Positions 63,077-64,000 of a stretch of DNA of 64,000 nucleotides are shown here, piece after piece; within the stretch, counting starts at the first letter, position 1, and each line of letters begins with the position of its first letter. Origin of the DNA: Podarcis liolepis (lineage: Eukaryota). The position numbers were made by a program, and so were the translations under genes. The stretch lies in NCBI GenBank assembly GCA_965112155.1, contig OZ218102.1; one strand, given 5' to 3'. The notes beneath the pieces were generated by a model. That model saw nothing but the letters and a program-made list of their open reading frames with translations. It had not been told where the DNA came from and did no database searches.

Positions 63077-63136
63077 CCTTAACGGGATGCCAGCTACAAA
63101 CCTCGTTTTACTGAACTATTCAGTTTCCTCAGAAGG
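63077..63136 (-). ncRNA. Degenerate type-I hammerhead ribozyme-like motif, probably from a Penelope-like element
   Basis: Minus strand CCUU-CUGAGGA-A-ACUGAA(UAG)UUCAGU-AAAA-CGAGG...UCCCG-UU-AAGG; GAAA core reads AAAA. Confidence 0.5.
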
Positions 63137-63519
63137 AAATAGAAAAATCATAAACTTTAAATGACCAAAATTCAAACAAGGGTAGAACCCGCAAAATTCT
63201 GACGTGTTTATAATCCTAGTTCGACCTAGGTAAAATAAAGCGTATTAATAAAGGATTGAGGACTCAAAAGTACAGTTTCTAATACTCAATTTACAAAAAA
63301 AGGTTTGAAAACCTAAATGGCAAGTTTTAAACAAAGCTCACTTGAAGAGTGGCTTATTTATTTGGTTGCGTTTATTTCATGTGCTTTAGACAGTTTGTTG
63401 TAGGCAACCTAGTAATTATGCAGTGGTTATTCTGGGCAGCTTCAGAGAGATGCCCCACCAGAGATCATGGGGAGAAGAGGGAAATAAGGATAACGCTGAA
63501 TGATAAACTACCCCTAGGG

Positions 63520-63729
63520 CAGGCATGTCCAACTTTCTAGAGACTGCGATCTACTCCCACTGTAAAAAAAACTGTCAGTGATCTACCCGTTCAATTTACC
63601 AAAGTTGTTGAGCTTTTTTTAGGGAGCAAAGTTGTTGAACTGGTTTTTTTTGGGGGGGGTCATGTGATCGATCGCGGACCCCCCCTGCAATCGACCAGTA
63701 AATCGTGATCGACCTGTTGGACATCCCTG
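63520..63729. mobile_element. hAT (Charlie-like) MITE
   Basis: TIR CAGGCATGTCCAAC...GTTGGACATCCCTG; 8-bp TSD CCCTAGGG / CTCTAGGG; subterminal GATCGA repeats. Confidence 0.88.
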
Positions 63730-64000
63730 CTCTAGGGCCTCAAAAGAGACTGATGTGGAACATGGATGGCTCTGGGAGAGACCATTTTGAGGCTGACAGC
63801 AATTTTCATGAAAAGGGTCTCTCATGAAAACCAGTCTGCTTATCATTGTGATCATAGAATACATCTAATTTTTAAAAATGCGTGGAAAGAGAAGCCGCAG
63901 CTCACTACACAGTCAAAAGAAACGAGGTGTGGGATGTTGCAATGCTTTTCCTGTCTCCTGTTTGCTTCACCCAGAAACACCGTTCCTGCCCCACTGCAGA

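Noticed and set aside
1-64000. CRISPR arrays, operons, rRNA, intact autonomous transposons
   Set aside because: Eukaryotic intron-exon DNA with no repeat-spacer arrays, rRNA motifs or intact transposase/RT ORFs seen.

Overview
Vertebrate genomic DNA, most likely a squamate reptile; a Sauria-type SINE suggests a lacertid lizard (inference). I built four spliced genes by hand. ZDHHC16 (+, 10 coding exons, 375 aa), MMS19 (-, 31 exons, 1020 aa) and UBTD1 (+, 3 exons, 227 aa) are complete, and only the first coding exon of ANKRD2 (+) is present. The order matches the conserved amniote ZDHHC16-MMS19-UBTD1-ANKRD2 block. There are three CpG-island promoters. Introns carry many TEs: Tc1/mariner and hAT MITEs, L1, L2-like, CR1 and BovB fragments, tRNA-derived SINEs and a solo LTR. 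I see no new multi-gene system. The best leads are RNA-level: a degenerate hammerhead-ribozyme motif in ANKRD2 intron 1; an MMS19 splice donor expanded into a (GTAA)6 microsatellite; a ZDHHC16 uORF whose stop overlaps the main start (AUGA); a U12 intron directly after the DHHC micro-exon; and an intact-looking solo LTR between UBTD1 and ANKRD2. TE family names and orthologue comparisons come from recalled consensus features, not database searches.
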